From NCBI GenBank assembly GCA_033442325.1, contig JAWQFM010000003.1:643825-707824 (forward strand): a stretch of 64,000 nucleotides of DNA, in the 5' to 3' direction. A program made the position numbers and the translations under genes. This document shows positions 28,005-41,799 of this stretch, piece by piece. The number at the start of each line of letters is the position of its first letter. Positions within the stretch are counted from its first letter, which is position 1. The DNA is from Salpingoeca rosetta (lineage: Eukaryota > Protista > Choanoflagellata). The notes under the pieces are model-generated. The model searched no databases. It saw only the letters and a program-made list of their open reading frames with translations, and had not been told where the DNA came from.

Positions 28005-29567
28005 CCACATCCGTGCTTTGCTGACAGGACGCCGGACGATTTCGAGATGAGCGATGAGCAGGACCTGTACTGCACGACGTACACGCACTGCGAGATCCAC
28101 CCGAGCATGATTCTCGGCATCTGCGCGTCCATCATCCCCTTCCCCGACCACAATCAGAGTCCCCGTAACACGTACCAATCTGCCATGGGCAAGCAGGCCA
28201 TGGGCATCTACACCACAAACTTCCACATCCGCCTCGACACGCTCGCCCACGTCCTTTACTATCCACAGCAGCCGCTCGTCAAGACCAGGTGCGCCCACAT
28301 GCGTGTGTGTGTGTGTGAGTTAGTTGCGTGCCTGCATCGTTGGCACGTGTCTGGGTCATTTGCACGTGCATGGGTCATTGGCACGTGCTCGTGTGCACAT
28401 GTGCAGATGCATGTGCGGCTCAGTTCGTGCACAATGGCACGCACCAAAGCCTTTACCTTTCATGTGCTCGTCACAACTCATCCCACCCCCACCTCGTTCT
28501 TCTCCTTCTTGTCGGTTGTGTTCAGGTCAATGGACTACATGTACTTCAAAGATTTGCCTGCAGGCATCAATGCCATTGTTGCCATCATGTGCTACACGGG
28601 CTACAACCAAGAGGATTCCGTCATCATGAACAAGTGCGCCGTCGACCGCGGCCTCTTCAGGTACTGTCGAAGGCTCGAATGCGTGTGCGAGATTCGTGTG
28701 CGAGATTCATGTGCATGATTTGTGCGTCTGCATGCGCATGCGTATATGCTGGAGCGGTGCTGTCGAAACAGTGCCCTGCACGTTTCACGTCACGATATTG
28801 CGCACCTGTGACATGCCACACGCCTCTTCCCTCTGCTCTTTGTTCACGTTGCCTGTCCATGTTGTTGCCCCCACCCCTTGTGCTGCCGTGCCAGGTCTGT
28901 CTTCTACCGCTCGTACGCGTCATCGGAGGAGAACACGGGCCGCGAAGTCATCAAGTTTGAGAAGCCCTCCCGGGAGACGTGCGCAGGCATGCGCAACTCA
29001 AACTACGGCAAGGTGCGGTTCTTCTTGTGTGTGTGCGATTGCCTTTGCGTTTGTTGTGGGGTTTGCGATTGTGCTTGTGCTTGTGCTTGCGCTTGTGCTT
29101 GTGCTTGTGCTTGTGCTTGTGCTTGTGCTTGTGCTTGTGCTTGTGCTTGTGCTTGTGCTTGTGAATGGATGCATTTTCATGCGTGGCAAGAGCGTGGTGT
29201 TTGTCCTCACCAGTAGCACGCCCCTTCCCTCCCCACACAGCTTGAGGACGACGGGCTGATTGCGCCGGGGACGAGCGTGACTGGCGACGATGCCATCATC
29301 GGCCGCACCATGGAGCTCCCGCCCAACGCAGAGGCGCGCGACAGCCGCCTTGCCCGCTTTGAGAAGCTCGACAAGAGCGTGTTCCTGCGCGCGAGCGAGA
29401 ACGGCATCATTGACCAGGTCATGGTTGCCATGGGACCAAAGGGGACCCGCTTTGTCAAGATTCGTGTCCGCTCCATCCGCGTGCCACAGGTGCGTCTCCC
29501 ATGTTGTTTTCTGTCTGCATGGTTGTGTGCCCGTCGATGTGCGCACACACCGTCGCGCCGCTGCGTT

Positions 29568-29607
<40 letters not shown>

Positions 29608-31301
29608 CATGCGTGCGTGCGCGCGTGCGTGTGTGCGCGTGCGTGTGTCTCCAAGTTCATGGCCGAAAATTTTTGTTGAAAGCACCCATCCTTCTAGCCC
29701 CATTTCAACACATGCTTGCTGTCTCTGCTCCCTCCTTGAGCTATGTGCGTGCGTGTGTGTATTTTTGCTGTTCACAGCATCAGCTCACCGGTCACATGAC
29801 TGTCCTGTTGTGTTTTGCCACTCAACCACCTCGGTAGATTGGTGACAAATTTGCCAGTCGCCACGGACAGAAGGGTACCTGCGGAATGCAATACAGCCAG
29901 GAGGACATGCCGTTCACCTGCCAGGTTTGGTAGTTGTTGATTGTGAGCGTCGTTAGTGTTGTTTCACTCAAAGTACATCTCTTGATAACCCTTTGCTTTC
30001 TTGCTCCCAACTCACGCGAATCACGCCTTCTCACCATCACCACCACCACCACCACCACCACCTTGCCCCATCCTGACGTGACATCATATTGCAGGGCATT
30101 ACGCCTGACATCATTGTGAACCCGCACGCCATTCCGAGCCGTATGACCATCGGGCACTTGATTGAATGTCTGCTGGGCAAGGTTGGCTGCCTGGAGGGTG
30201 CATTTGGCGACGCAACGCCCTTCATCGAAGTCACCGTCAACGAAGTCGCCAGCGCTCTCGGTGCGTTGACCGGCTTGCTGCTGCTGGCTGTTTCGTCTTT
30301 GTACTTGGTGTTGGTGGTCTTACCATTTGGAGACTGTTATGCGATATTGGTTCGCGTTCTTGCCGCGAAACAACGAGCTCGACTTGAGGCCTTTTCTCGT
30401 CATTCTACAGACGTTGGCGCATTGTGTTTTTCCTTCTTCTTCGCCCTTCTGTCTTGTTCCTGTCTTGTTTCTGTCTTGTTTTCTCATGCAACACCCCGTG
30501 TTTACTGTTCACGTGCACCACCAATGCAGAGGCACACAACTTTCACAAGTACGGCAACGAGGTGCTGTACAATGGCTTTACGGGGCGCAAGATGCAGGCG
30601 CAGGTGTTCTTTGGGCCCACGTACTACCAGCGCCTCAAGCACATGGTCGATGACAAGATTCACGCCCGCGCCCGCGGTCCGCTGCAGATTCTGACAAAGC
30701 AGCCCGTCGAGGTGCGGTATCTCGTGCCTGCATGCACGTGCCGTTGAAGTCTGTGACGCTTGAAAGCAACGCAGGGAGGGGGCGGAGGCTTGTGGTAGTT
30801 GCTGTTTGTCCTTTTTCTGCCTGTTTGCTAGCTGGTGTGGTTGGCGCTGCTATTCGCAAGAGCAGAAACATCAAGCGTTTTGATGAGTTACCCTTGTGCT
30901 GCTGTTGGTTTGGCTTTGGACTCACGCTCACGTCGTGCCTGCTTGTCTTGGACCAGGGTCGGTCGCGTGATGGTGGCCTTCGCTTTGGTGAAATGGAGCG
31001 TGACTGCATGATTGCGCACGGGTCTGCCCAGTTCCTTCGGGAGCGCCTGTTTGAGGTGTCGGACCCGTACCGCATCCACGTCTGCGACATCTGCGGCCTC
31101 ATCTGCATCGCCAACCTCAACAAGAATGAGCTGGAGTGCAAGGCCTGCAGCAACACCACCAGGGTATGTTGTTGATTGTCTGTGCGTGTGTGTTTGTGTT
31201 TGCGTGTTGTGTTTGCGGTTGATTTTGCTCTCTCCCTAGCCCCTTGAATTTCCTTCTCACAGTCTGTTTCCATCACCCACACAATGCCACAATTGTCCCC
31301 C

Positions 31302-31337
<36 letters not shown>

Positions 31338-31439
31338 GTGTCACAAGTGCGCATCCCATACGCGTGCAAGCTGCTGTTCCAGGAGCTCATGTCCATGTGC
31401 ATTGCACCTCGCATTATGACAGACAACTCCCATGCTTAG
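22613..31439 (+). CDS. POLR2B: DNA-directed RNA polymerase II second-largest subunit, about 22 exons
   Basis: Motifs [158 protein letters not shown], the C-terminal Zn finger and [11 protein letters not shown]. Confidence 0.98.
27208..27290. repeat. (ACACGCTC)n octamer repeat abutting an RPB2 3' splice site
   Basis: About ten tandem octamers end immediately before the AG at 27291-27292. Confidence 0.9.
29070..29163. repeat. (TGTGCT)n hexamer repeat in an RPB2 intron
   Basis: Tandem tgtgct units are directly visible. Confidence 0.9.
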
Positions 31440-31788
31440 GCTTTCTCTCTTTGTGTGTATCGGCGTTTGTACGTGTTCATGTGCGCTCGCGTGTTCGTCC
31501 ATCTGTGTGTGTGTGTGTGTGTGTGCGTGTGCGTTGGCGTTTCTCATCCTGCTCTCAACCAAAGAAAGAATGCGTCATGTGCGCCCGTGTGGGTGTAGTT
31601 CCTGTGACACTTGTGCTTGGTTGTGTGTTGTGTTTGTAACGACGGTTGCCCTTGCTCGTGCATGTATCGGTTAATGAAACCTTGCCAAAACCAAAACCAA
31701 AGCCACATCGTCACGATCACGCAAGCGCATGAGCGAGCCAACCAAACACACCCACACACACCCACACACACCCACACACACCCACACA

Positions 31789-31855
<67 letters not shown>

Positions 31856-32152
31856 GGAGAGAAACGAACCAGCACGCATCAACACAATGACAAGTGAGTG
31901 TTTCTTGTACGGGCATAGCAGGTGCACATGCGGCGAGCAATTTCAGCGCAGCCCGAGCCAGCGGGCAGGGCAAGGAAGCATCAACACCAGCAGGATGGTT
32001 TTGTACATGTCAATTAAGCATCGCAGGTTCTGTGTCGCATGTGTGTGTTGTGTGCCACATCAAGAAGAACAAGAAGAAACAAGCTGGAAAGAGCACTAAC
32101 GACGACGACGACGACGACGACGACGACCACCACCACCACCACCACAATGGTG

Positions 32153-32523
32153 TCAGGAAGGTTGCTTGGCTTGCAACTTCTCTGTTGCGCGCTTGTGGAT
32201 ATGAAGCAGGTTCTCCTTCCTGTCCAGTAAAGACCCGCCAAGGTTCGAGTTTGGCGTGGACTTGTCTGCTGGGTTGAATGGGTTTGGTCTGTGCACGGGA
32301 CCGTCGTTCCACACCAGATCAAATCCTCCGACACGAACCTCGTCTCCAACGCGCCTAGCGGTGTGTGTTGGGTTGGGGGATGGTGAAGGAATAAGTTTCG
32401 CGCAACCGGCTCGTGATAACTCAAAACAGAGACATGGGCAAAACACCAATTTGCAGAGCATACAGCAAGCAGTGATCTCAAACACCCATCCACACACCCA
32501 TCCACACACGCACACGCACACAC

Positions 32524-32556
<33 letters not shown>

Positions 32557-33729
32557 TACACACACACACCTGTCGTCGATGTTGATGACGGTGAACATGT
32601 CCTCGAGCATGCCGTACTTGAAGCGATAGTCTGAAGCGGTGTCTGCGGTGAGGGATGGGGAGGCGTTCACCTCAATCAGCCAGGGCTTGAGATCTGCGTC
32701 AATGAGAATGTCAAAGCCGTACAGCTCAAAGCAGTGCTTGTCAGAGAACATGACCGGTTGCACGGCCTCTAAAGATGTCAGGATGATGTTGTCGACGTCG
32801 CGCAGGAACTTCTGCACGGCGGCGCGGCCGTGTCGTGCCTGCAGGTACCGCTTCACCTGTGACATGAGCCACTTGCACCCTTTGGACTTGTCGTAGTCTG
32901 CGGCCTGCTTCTGGATGGCGACGTTGGTCAGGTGCACAAAGGCGTTGCTCAGGTCCTCCATGGAGAAGGGCGCACCGGAGAAGCGGGCAAACCCTTCCCG
33001 GTAGAGCCAGAAGCAAAGCGGGTTGTACGAGGTTACAAGGATGTAGATGCGCAGGTCAAACTTCTTGCCGCCGATGAGGTATGGCCTCTGCAGGTAGCGC
33101 TGCACAATGTACGCCTGTTGGCGCTCGTCGTCGCGCTGCTGGTGGTCGAAGCGCGTGTCCCGCTTGAACTCCATGAGCTCCGACAGCTTCGAGACAAGGA
33201 AGATGCCTTTGCCTTGCGCAGAGCCAACGGGCTTCATGATCCACACGGTACCCGGCTTGCGCTTGAACTCCTCCACAAACATGCGGTAGTCGTGTGGAAG
33301 CCAGAACGTTTCTGGCATAAAGTCGCAGCGCTTGGCGGCGGCCTTTCCTTCCTCGCGCTCCAGCTTGCGCTTCATCTTCTTGACGTTCTTCGCCATGTGG
33401 TCCTTTCGCGTGAGCTCGTAGTGTGTTGGGAAGTGCGGCACGCGCGCGTGGTCTGGTAGCTGGCGGCCATCAAAGGCCTCCCGCACCCAGCCTACATCAC
33501 ACCAGTTCATGTCCCATTCCTCCTGCCCTTGCACCTGCTGCCACCCCAAGTGCGTCATGACATCCACCACCGTGTTGACAAAATGCGTTCTGAAGCGAAT
33601 CACCCTCCGTTCTCCAGGCAAGCTGCTGCGCGGCAGCACCACCTGCGTTCCCGAAGACCCGCGCTTCTCATCAGCACCACCTCCACTATCGCCACCACCG
33701 CTGCCGCTGCCGCTGGTGCGATCTGTCAT
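32153..33729 (-). CDS. TTLL9: Tubulin polyglutamylase TTLL9; exons 33729-32570 and 32354-32153
   Basis: Motifs WDMNWCDVGWVRE, HYELTRKDHMAKN, WIMKPVGSAQGKGIFL, YLIGGKKFDLRIY, VHLTNVAIQK, KGCKW, DKHCFELYGFDILID, KPWLIEVNASPSLTA and RVGGFDLVWNDGPV, collinear with TTLL9. Confidence 0.93.
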
Positions 33730-33749
33730 CGTCGTCGTTGTCGTCGTTT

Positions 33750-33816
33750 GTTGCCAACAGAGTTTGGTTTGGTTTGTGTGCATTCATTTTATGCTGTGGT
33801 TTGCTGCTTTGCCAAC
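33750..33816. promoter_or_regulatory. Candidate RFX (X-box half-site) motifs in the TTLL9/ZC2HC1 bidirectional promoter
   Basis: GTTGCCAAC at 33750-33758 and TTTGCCAAC at 33808-33816 lie in the 140-nt gap between two divergent start codons. GTTGCC is the RFX half-site. Confidence 0.45.
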
Positions 33817-33869
33817 GAACCGCTACCAACCAAACAACTGCAACCACCACACAGCCACACACGGCGAAG

Positions 33870-34932
33870 ATGAGCGCTCATCGTGGCAAGTCGCGGCTGG
33901 AGCAGATACAGGTCCGGCTGAGGCAGCAGATCACAAGCGCACAGCAAGGCCAGTTGTCTGCACTACAAGAGCGCAAGCGCGTCCTCGAGCAGGAGGTACG
34001 TGTGTGTCTATATATGTGTGTATGTGTGTTTGGAACAATGCCCATTGTTGTTTTGTCGCACTGTGTTATGGTGATGTGATGGCGCATGTGTTGTGTGTGC
34101 GTGTGTGTTGTGTGTGTATGTATGTGTGTGATGTGTGTGTGTGTGTGGTAGCACTTACATATGCACTCACATACACCCAATACTCTCTCACATACACACA
34201 CAACATGCGCGCACACACACGCACACAGCGACAAAAAGTGAATGAGCAACGCCGGGCCATCGAGGCGTTGAGAAACAAGTCTGTGCGGTCGCGCGAACAA
34301 TCGTACACGCTTGCCGGTGGTTTGGACAGACAACGCTCGGCATCAGAGAAGCTGCTGAAGCCCAACATTCGATACCGAAGCCGACGCGTGGCACCGCTGA
34401 CGGAAGAGCGGCGCTCGGCGCCACTGAACGAGCGACCGCGCCCGCCCGTCGAGCCGGAGGCCCGCTCCTCAAGCGCAAGCAAAGTCCATGATCGCCAGGT
34501 TGCCAAGAAGAAGGTCAAGCACCCTCTTGCCAAGGGCAACAGTGCAACAACCAGCCAGCCTTCCAAGGTACAGCGCATACCCAAACACACACATACACAC
34601 ACAGCAGAGTGTTGCGCTGGCGTGCTGGGCGACCGGTTTGCCATCATCATTCAGTCTGTGTTTTGTTGTATTGAGACAACCGACGCTCACAATTCCCTTT
34701 CATGCTTCATGTTATCACCAGCCACGTGCAACCAAGCCCGACACGGCGAAGCCGCAGAGCGACACCAGCAGCCCGCCCGGCCCGCTTCGGGACAGCGCTG
34801 AGGACGCGTTTTCGCAGTTTGAGGCGCACGCTGAGCAGCAGCGCCGGCGTGCACAGGAAGAGGCCGAGGCAGAAGAGAGGGAGCAAGAGCACCAGCGTGC
34901 CATCGAAGCAAAGCACCGCCGCAAGAAACTCG

Positions 34933-34997
<65 letters not shown>

Positions 34998-36891
34998 GCG
35001 AACATGCCCCCTGATAATTTTTGTGTTCGTGTTGCGAGCATGCATACTTACATTGTTTGTGCTCAATTGTACTTGTGCTTTGTATGTGTATCGCACACGT
35101 GCACCAGGCGCTGAAGAAGCGGCAGGAGGAACGGCAGCAGCGCATGAAGGAGAGGGCAAAGGCCAAGGACGAGGAGCGACTGCGGAAGAAGCAGGAAGCA
35201 GAGGCGGCAGAGACCACCAGCCAGCACAGCAACGACAATGTCCAGGCAGCATCCCCTGAGCGGCCACTGCCGACAACTGGGGCGCAGAAACGCAGTCAGC
35301 ACGCAACCCCACGCAAGACACCAGCACGCAAGCCCGCGCCAGCGGAACACACACAAGCTGAGGCGCCACGCGGCGATGATCGTACTGATGTGGCCACACC
35401 AGCGCCCACACACTCCCACAACAGCGACACCAGCGATAAGAGCAGCAGCAGCAGTAGTAGTTCACAGCGGGCGCCGCGGCCGCCACCAACACAGCAGCCG
35501 GCAGCGCGCGGGCGACGACAGGTGCGATCGGGTGCAAGGGCAAAGGGCACCAGCGCTACCAGCAGCGCCAGTGGCCGTGGTGGTGGTGGTGGTGGTGGTG
35601 GCAGTGGCAGTGGTGGACGGCAGCAGGAAGCGGAGAGGGCGCGACCCAAAGCGCCGGCGGGCGAACCGATCCGGCAGATGGTGGAGGAGCTCATGCCCGA
35701 TGGCAGCGTGCAGATGATTGAGCTTGTTCTCTACCCGTGCCCAATCTGCGGCCGCAACTTCAAGCAGGAGAGGTGTGGTCGTGTGGTCGTGCTTGCGTGT
35801 GGCTGATGATCAAGTGTTGATTCGAGTTGTGGTGTGGCTGTCCTGGTCTCCCTCAGTGAAATTTTGTGTTGTGCGTACGTGCACTCATGCGTGCGCGAGG
35901 ATGTTGTCTATTGTCATGTGCATGCTTTCGCCACACATCTGCGTTGTCGTTCACTCACGGTGACACCGGGGGTCGCCACCTCTCCTCTCCTCTTGGTCCT
36001 GCTGACACAGACTTGACGCCCACAAGCGCGCATGCGAGGCGAACAGCAAGAAAAAGAGAAAGAAGTTTGACATGACAAAGCAGCGGCTGAATGACCTGGG
36101 CCAGGACGCAATCAGAATGGCCAAAAACGCAAGCAAGACCGAAGTGAAATACAAGAAGAAGGCAAAGAAGGTGCGTGCATGCCCTGTTGGCGTCGGGCTG
36201 AACGTGCTTGCGCGCGCGAGCGTGTGCGTATGCATGTATGTATGTATGTACATGTGTGCAAGAGTGCATGCACACATGTGAGGATGGCTACATTACCTGG
36301 ATGTGACGCTGGTGATGCTACGACACTTCTTGCTTTTTCCCCGTGTGCTCCCCAAACGCCTCGCACTTTGCTTACACCATCTTCATGTTGACGTGCAATC
36401 GTGTCTGCTGCCGCTGTCTCCGCGCGCGTGTGCAGAGCAACTGGCGGGCGAAACACCAGCAGTTCATTGCGGCGATCCAGTCGGCCAAAGGCGCGGACGT
36501 GGACGTGCCTGTCGTGGAGGACCCAGACCTCGTCAAGGTCCGCTGCTGATGGTGGCGGTGGCGGCGGCGGCGGCGATGTGGTGGTGCATTGTGGGTGGGT
36601 TGGTCGGTTGATGGGTGTGCTGTGTCTTCCACCTCCATCAAGTTGTTGACATACAACATCTTGCCGGCTGTTCTCACCTTCGCGCTGCGTGACTTCCTCC
36701 TTCATCTCATCTTGCCGCTGTATGTGTTACGTATGCAACCACCCATCACGCAGTGCAAGTTCTGTGGGCGCACGTTCAACGAGGATGCTGCGAATCGCCA
36801 CATCCCCGTGTGCGAGCGCAACGCCAAGAAGAAGGCGATGGCGCAGGGCGGAAACTCCAAAGGCAGCAAGGGGACGCGCCGCCGCAGATAA
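33870..36891 (+). CDS. Zinc finger C2HC domain protein (ZC2HC1/FAM164 family, ZC2HC1C-like), multi-exon
   Basis: Coiled-coil and low-complexity N-terminus, then CPICGRNFKQER|LDAHKRAC...KRKKFD, SNWRAKHQQFIAAIQSAK and EDPDLVK|CKFCGRTFNEDAANRHIPVC. Two C2HC fingers flank the family's NWRxKH motif. Confidence 0.85.
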
Positions 36892-36901
36892 ACACACACA
36901 C

Positions 36902-36961
<60 letters not shown>

Positions 36962-36966
36962 TGCGT

Positions 36967-37010
<44 letters not shown>

Positions 37011-37252
37011 TGCGTATGCGCGCACATCGTGCATGCGGGCCATGCACAGATAACCTGTGGACTCGTGAGTGGTGCCTTCGTTTGATTATTCGTTTTCTTT
37101 CCTCTTTGTGTCGTCATCGTGGCTATTGTAGTGCTCTCGGATGTATGTATGAGCGCACGGATGCATGTTTTGGCTGCAGGTGTCGGTGAATGCACCCACA
37201 GCAGCAGGAACAAATAGACAAAGACAACTGTGCGTGTATGAGAACGTGCGAT

Positions 37253-37305
<53 letters not shown>

Positions 37306-37308
37306 AAG

Positions 37309-39811
37309 TTATGCGACCAAGTTGATGCGCACGACGTGATCCAGGCCGCACGACGCCAAGTAGAGACCCTGCACTCCACCAAGCGATCAAACAAGCATGC
37401 AGGTGGTGGTGAGCCCGAACACGAACGAGACGTAGGCTGGTGATGGTTTTACGAAACAAGCAGATGCGCAAACAGAAAGAAACAACCAACAAAACGAGCA
37501 CACAAACACAGACACAAGCACCAATACTTAACAATCGCACACACACACACAACACAAACGCACACACACACACACAGACACATCCACACACAGAGACACA
37601 CAGACACATACAGACACATCCACACACACAACACAAACGCACACACACAGACACACCACCACACACACACACACACCTGCTGGTGTGCGGCGTCGTCGGA
37701 GCTGTTGGGGCGCCACTTGAGGCGGCGGACGGTTGCGCGGTGTGCCATGCCATCGTCAAGCACATGCACCTGCGCCCACGTGCTGCCGTTGTCTGCAGAG
37801 CGGTGGAGATGAACCGCCCCTTTGTCCAGCCCAACAGCCAGCATCAACGCTGACGATGAGGATGATGACGACGATGGTGACGATGAGGAGGGGCGGGTGT
37901 CGGCTGTAACGGCGAGGGCAGTGACGCTGTCTGGGAACTTGGGCAGCGTGCACGTGCACGTGGCCTCACCCGAGTCAGCAACGGCCCACACCTTCACGTG
38001 CTTGTCGCGCGCACCAGTGATGAAGTGCTTGCTGTCAGGCACCCATGCCACATCCCTGCATGTGTGCGTGTGTGTATGTGTCAGTGAACGTTTGGGGCGA
38101 TGCAAGCGGTCTGGCAACAACAGTACAAGTGTGCGTATGTGTGTGTGTGTGTGCGTGTGTGTGTGTGTCAGCTCACCAGATGATGCGATCGTGTGCTTTC
38201 GCATGTGTAAATCGGAGTTCGTACGAAGGACCTGGTGTCACAGAAGCAGAAAAAGGTCAGACATTGTCGGATATGGATGGGCTGAGTCAATTGAAGTGAA
38301 CAGGTGTGCGCGAGTCACAGCGGGAGTCAGCGGATGCGGGGTCAACGCATGATGAGTTCACCCCAGACAAACGCATGCACTGGCACTGGTGATACCTGCT
38401 TCTGTCTCGACGCGTTCGTACACGCAGAAGGCACGATCACGCGAAACGGACACGAGCCAGCGGTCGTCCGGAGAAAAGGAAACTTTCACCACCGTCAGCT
38501 TGTGGCCTGGAAGTTGTGCAACCTGCGAGCAAGCAAAGGCAAGAAGGAATCAAAACGCAGCACCATGAGTGCGGGGGGTCAACAACGTGATTAATTTCAC
38601 GCAGTGCAGGCAGACGCAGACAGACATGCGCACATGCGCTTGCATACAGGCATGCACACGCGCATGTGCAGAATACCGAAGCAAACAACAACACACAGCC
38701 AAACACAACAAGCCCAGCAAGAGCGACACCAGCCCACAACGCACGCACCTCGAGGCCCGACTGAATGCTCCAGAGGCGAAGGGCGGCGTGTTCCGGTTTC
38801 GTGGCCTTGCACGCAGACACGAGAACGGTGCGCTGGTGGTCGCACGCCACGCACATGAGCTCATAACCGTGGCCGTACAGCTTGCGCGTCTCCGGCCACA
38901 GCGTGTTCTGCACCAGCTGCGCCTCAAACGGCGGCTCTGTCACCAACAGCGCGCACAACACAGCAAACGTGCAATGTGCGTGAGATACAGTATGGGGGAA
39001 GGGCGCTCCCTATGGCTCAAACTCGAAACACGGTCTTGTTCGAGTTACACATGGGTAAATGTGTGTGAGAGACACCATTTGTGTGTGTGTGTGTGTGTAA
39101 ATGTTTTGCAGATGTGTGTGTGCGTGACAAGACGGACGTTGGAGCTGTTCGGATTCAAAGGGGAACACGGCGTCATCTGTTGTCGATCGAAAGTATTGTG
39201 TGTGGCTGTCGGTGTCCTTGTTGGCATGTGTCGTATCCCCTTCATACACGGGCTGCAGTCAACACCACACATGAAACCGCACACGCGCACGCGTTGTATC
39301 AGTTGACACACAAGCGCGATGGTGCTTGCTTCACAAGACACGGGACCAACAACAGAGGGACTCACTTGTAGCTAACAATTCCACGAGAGGAAACACATCC
39401 ACGCACTCATCGGCTGGATCACGACGTACGAGCACACATAGACACACCCACACCCACAAACACACAAACACACACACACACACTACCACGCACGCACCTT
39501 GTTTGAGAGGCCGAGGGCAGGGACGCTGGCGCCAAGTGCGCGGCCCTTAACAGCGACAGACTGCCCGAGCTGCGTGAGGGAGGTGCCTGTGATAGTCTGG
39601 AACGACGTGAAGAAACTCTGTGGCGCTTCGAAGACGCGAAGAACCTTCTCATCGGCGCCGCTGGCAAAGGAGGAATCGTCAATCACAGCGAGGCAGCGCA
39701 GGTCGTAGCCGTGCACCTGGCATTGGTAAGAGTGGGCAGGGGTCGGCGTCGGGTGAGGTGGAAGGCTGACGACAAGGCAGTGGAAACGGGAGCTCATCAC
39801 GCATGCGCACG

Positions 39812-39892
<81 letters not shown>

Positions 39893-40250
39893 CTTTCAAG
39901 AAGCAGAACTAGCCAAACACACAATCAAATACACACACACACACACCTGTGGGCGCCCAAGCTCGTGCCACGCATCAGTGGTGCGGGCATGCTGCCAGGG
40001 GGCGAAGAGGCGGGTGGTCTGGTCGTCGGAGCAGGTGAGCAGATAGTCGCCGCTGGGGCTCCAGTCAAGGTCGTACACGCCCTAAGGAGAGGAGAAGAGA
40101 GAACGAGAGAGAGAACGAGAACGAGGAAGAATGGAAAGGCACATGGGCGAATACCGTTGGATGGGTGGACATGTGTCAGTGGTTGAATGGCGATAGTTGA
40201 CAACGACGGAGATCACGCGTCACGATGCGTACACACACGCACACACATAC

Positions 40251-40319
<69 letters not shown>

Positions 40320-40524
40320 GTACACCTTGAAGTGGCCGCTGACGACGACGCGCGGGGTCCAGGAGGAAGAGGACGAGCCGGCTTCCCAGTGATGCAGTGC
40401 TCCGTGGAAACTGTGTCCAAGCACATGCTGTGCACGCGGGCCAAACACGGCGCCAAAGAACCCAAGCGTGTTGCCGCCAACCTCCCCCATACGCGCCCCG
40501 TCGAGCCACATCCCAGACTGGCGC

Positions 40525-40556
<32 letters not shown>

Positions 40557-41749
40557 GTGAAAAACAAGTGAGCAACGGAGAGCAATGATGGATGCAGATG
40601 ACTGCAGTGTGTTGCATGCGTGCGTGTGTGCATGTATGAAGTGTGGTGGTGGTCACATCACCTTGTTTTCGTGGCCAGCCAGCAGCGCATCCAGGCTTGA
40701 GCAAAACCTGCACATCAACACAAAGAGGCCATGAGGGCATACAGACGCACACGCTGGAAATGAAGTGTGCTGGTGCGCCACAACGGGTGGCATGGAGCCC
40801 GAACGTGTGCGCGCGAACATGTGCAAACGAGACATTGTGCAGCCGGATTGGTTTGTGGACAACAACACGCGAAAACAGTACGTACGTGAGGCCATCCACG
40901 TGGAAGATGCGCTCCGATGTCTGCAGCATCGCCTCAAACTTGTCTGCACCGTCACAGCAAATGGCAACACTCTTGTCAGACACCACACAACGCAACGCAA
41001 CGCGCATAGAGGTACTTGCACAGAAGCACTTGCACATGCACACGCGCACACGCACACACACACACACGCACGCACACACACACACGCATGCACGCACGCA
41101 CACATTCACATGCACACACACACGCACGCACACACCTTGTTTCTGCTGCTGCTGTGCGGCCAGTGGCGTTTGTTGGGCAATCTTCCAGAGGCGGATGAAG
41201 CAGTCCTGCGCCCCACTCGCCAAGAGCAGCGCTATATAGGCAGAGGACACCCACCATTGCATCAGGACGACCGTATGGAGAGTACATACATGATTGTGGT
41301 GTGTGTGTGTGTGTGCGTGTGTGTGCGTGTGTGTGCGTGCGTTCAAATGCGTTCGCACGTTCATGTTGTGGAGTGTGAAATGAGCAGTGCAGCATTGTGC
41401 AACAACCAGAAGCGGGAGGGTGTCAGTCAACGCGAAATAAAGAGCACAACAAGCAACCGAGCAAGGGACTGTTGCACAGTCGCACCGCACCTTTCGATCC
41501 GTCGGCAGTGTGTATGGTGGTAAAGTCGAGGCTGCGAACCCAATCTTCGTGGCCAGGAAGTGAGTCCTGGTGCACGAGGCCATCAGACGCCGTCTCGGCA
41601 TACACATGCACGCGCATGTCGTCACCACCACAGGCCAGCACCAACCCTGCCATCCCAACAACAGCAACGATGCCGTCAGCGCGGGAGACAAGCGCAAGCA
41701 CGGGCTCAAGCTACCAGAACTCTCCCCCTTGGATACATCATCATCATCG

Positions 41750-41799
<50 letters not shown>

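Noticed and set aside
27208-29163. Regular short repeats considered as CRISPR or telomeric arrays
   Set aside because: Simple tandem repeats with no unique spacers, inside spliceosomal introns; no cas genes and no TTAGGG arrays.
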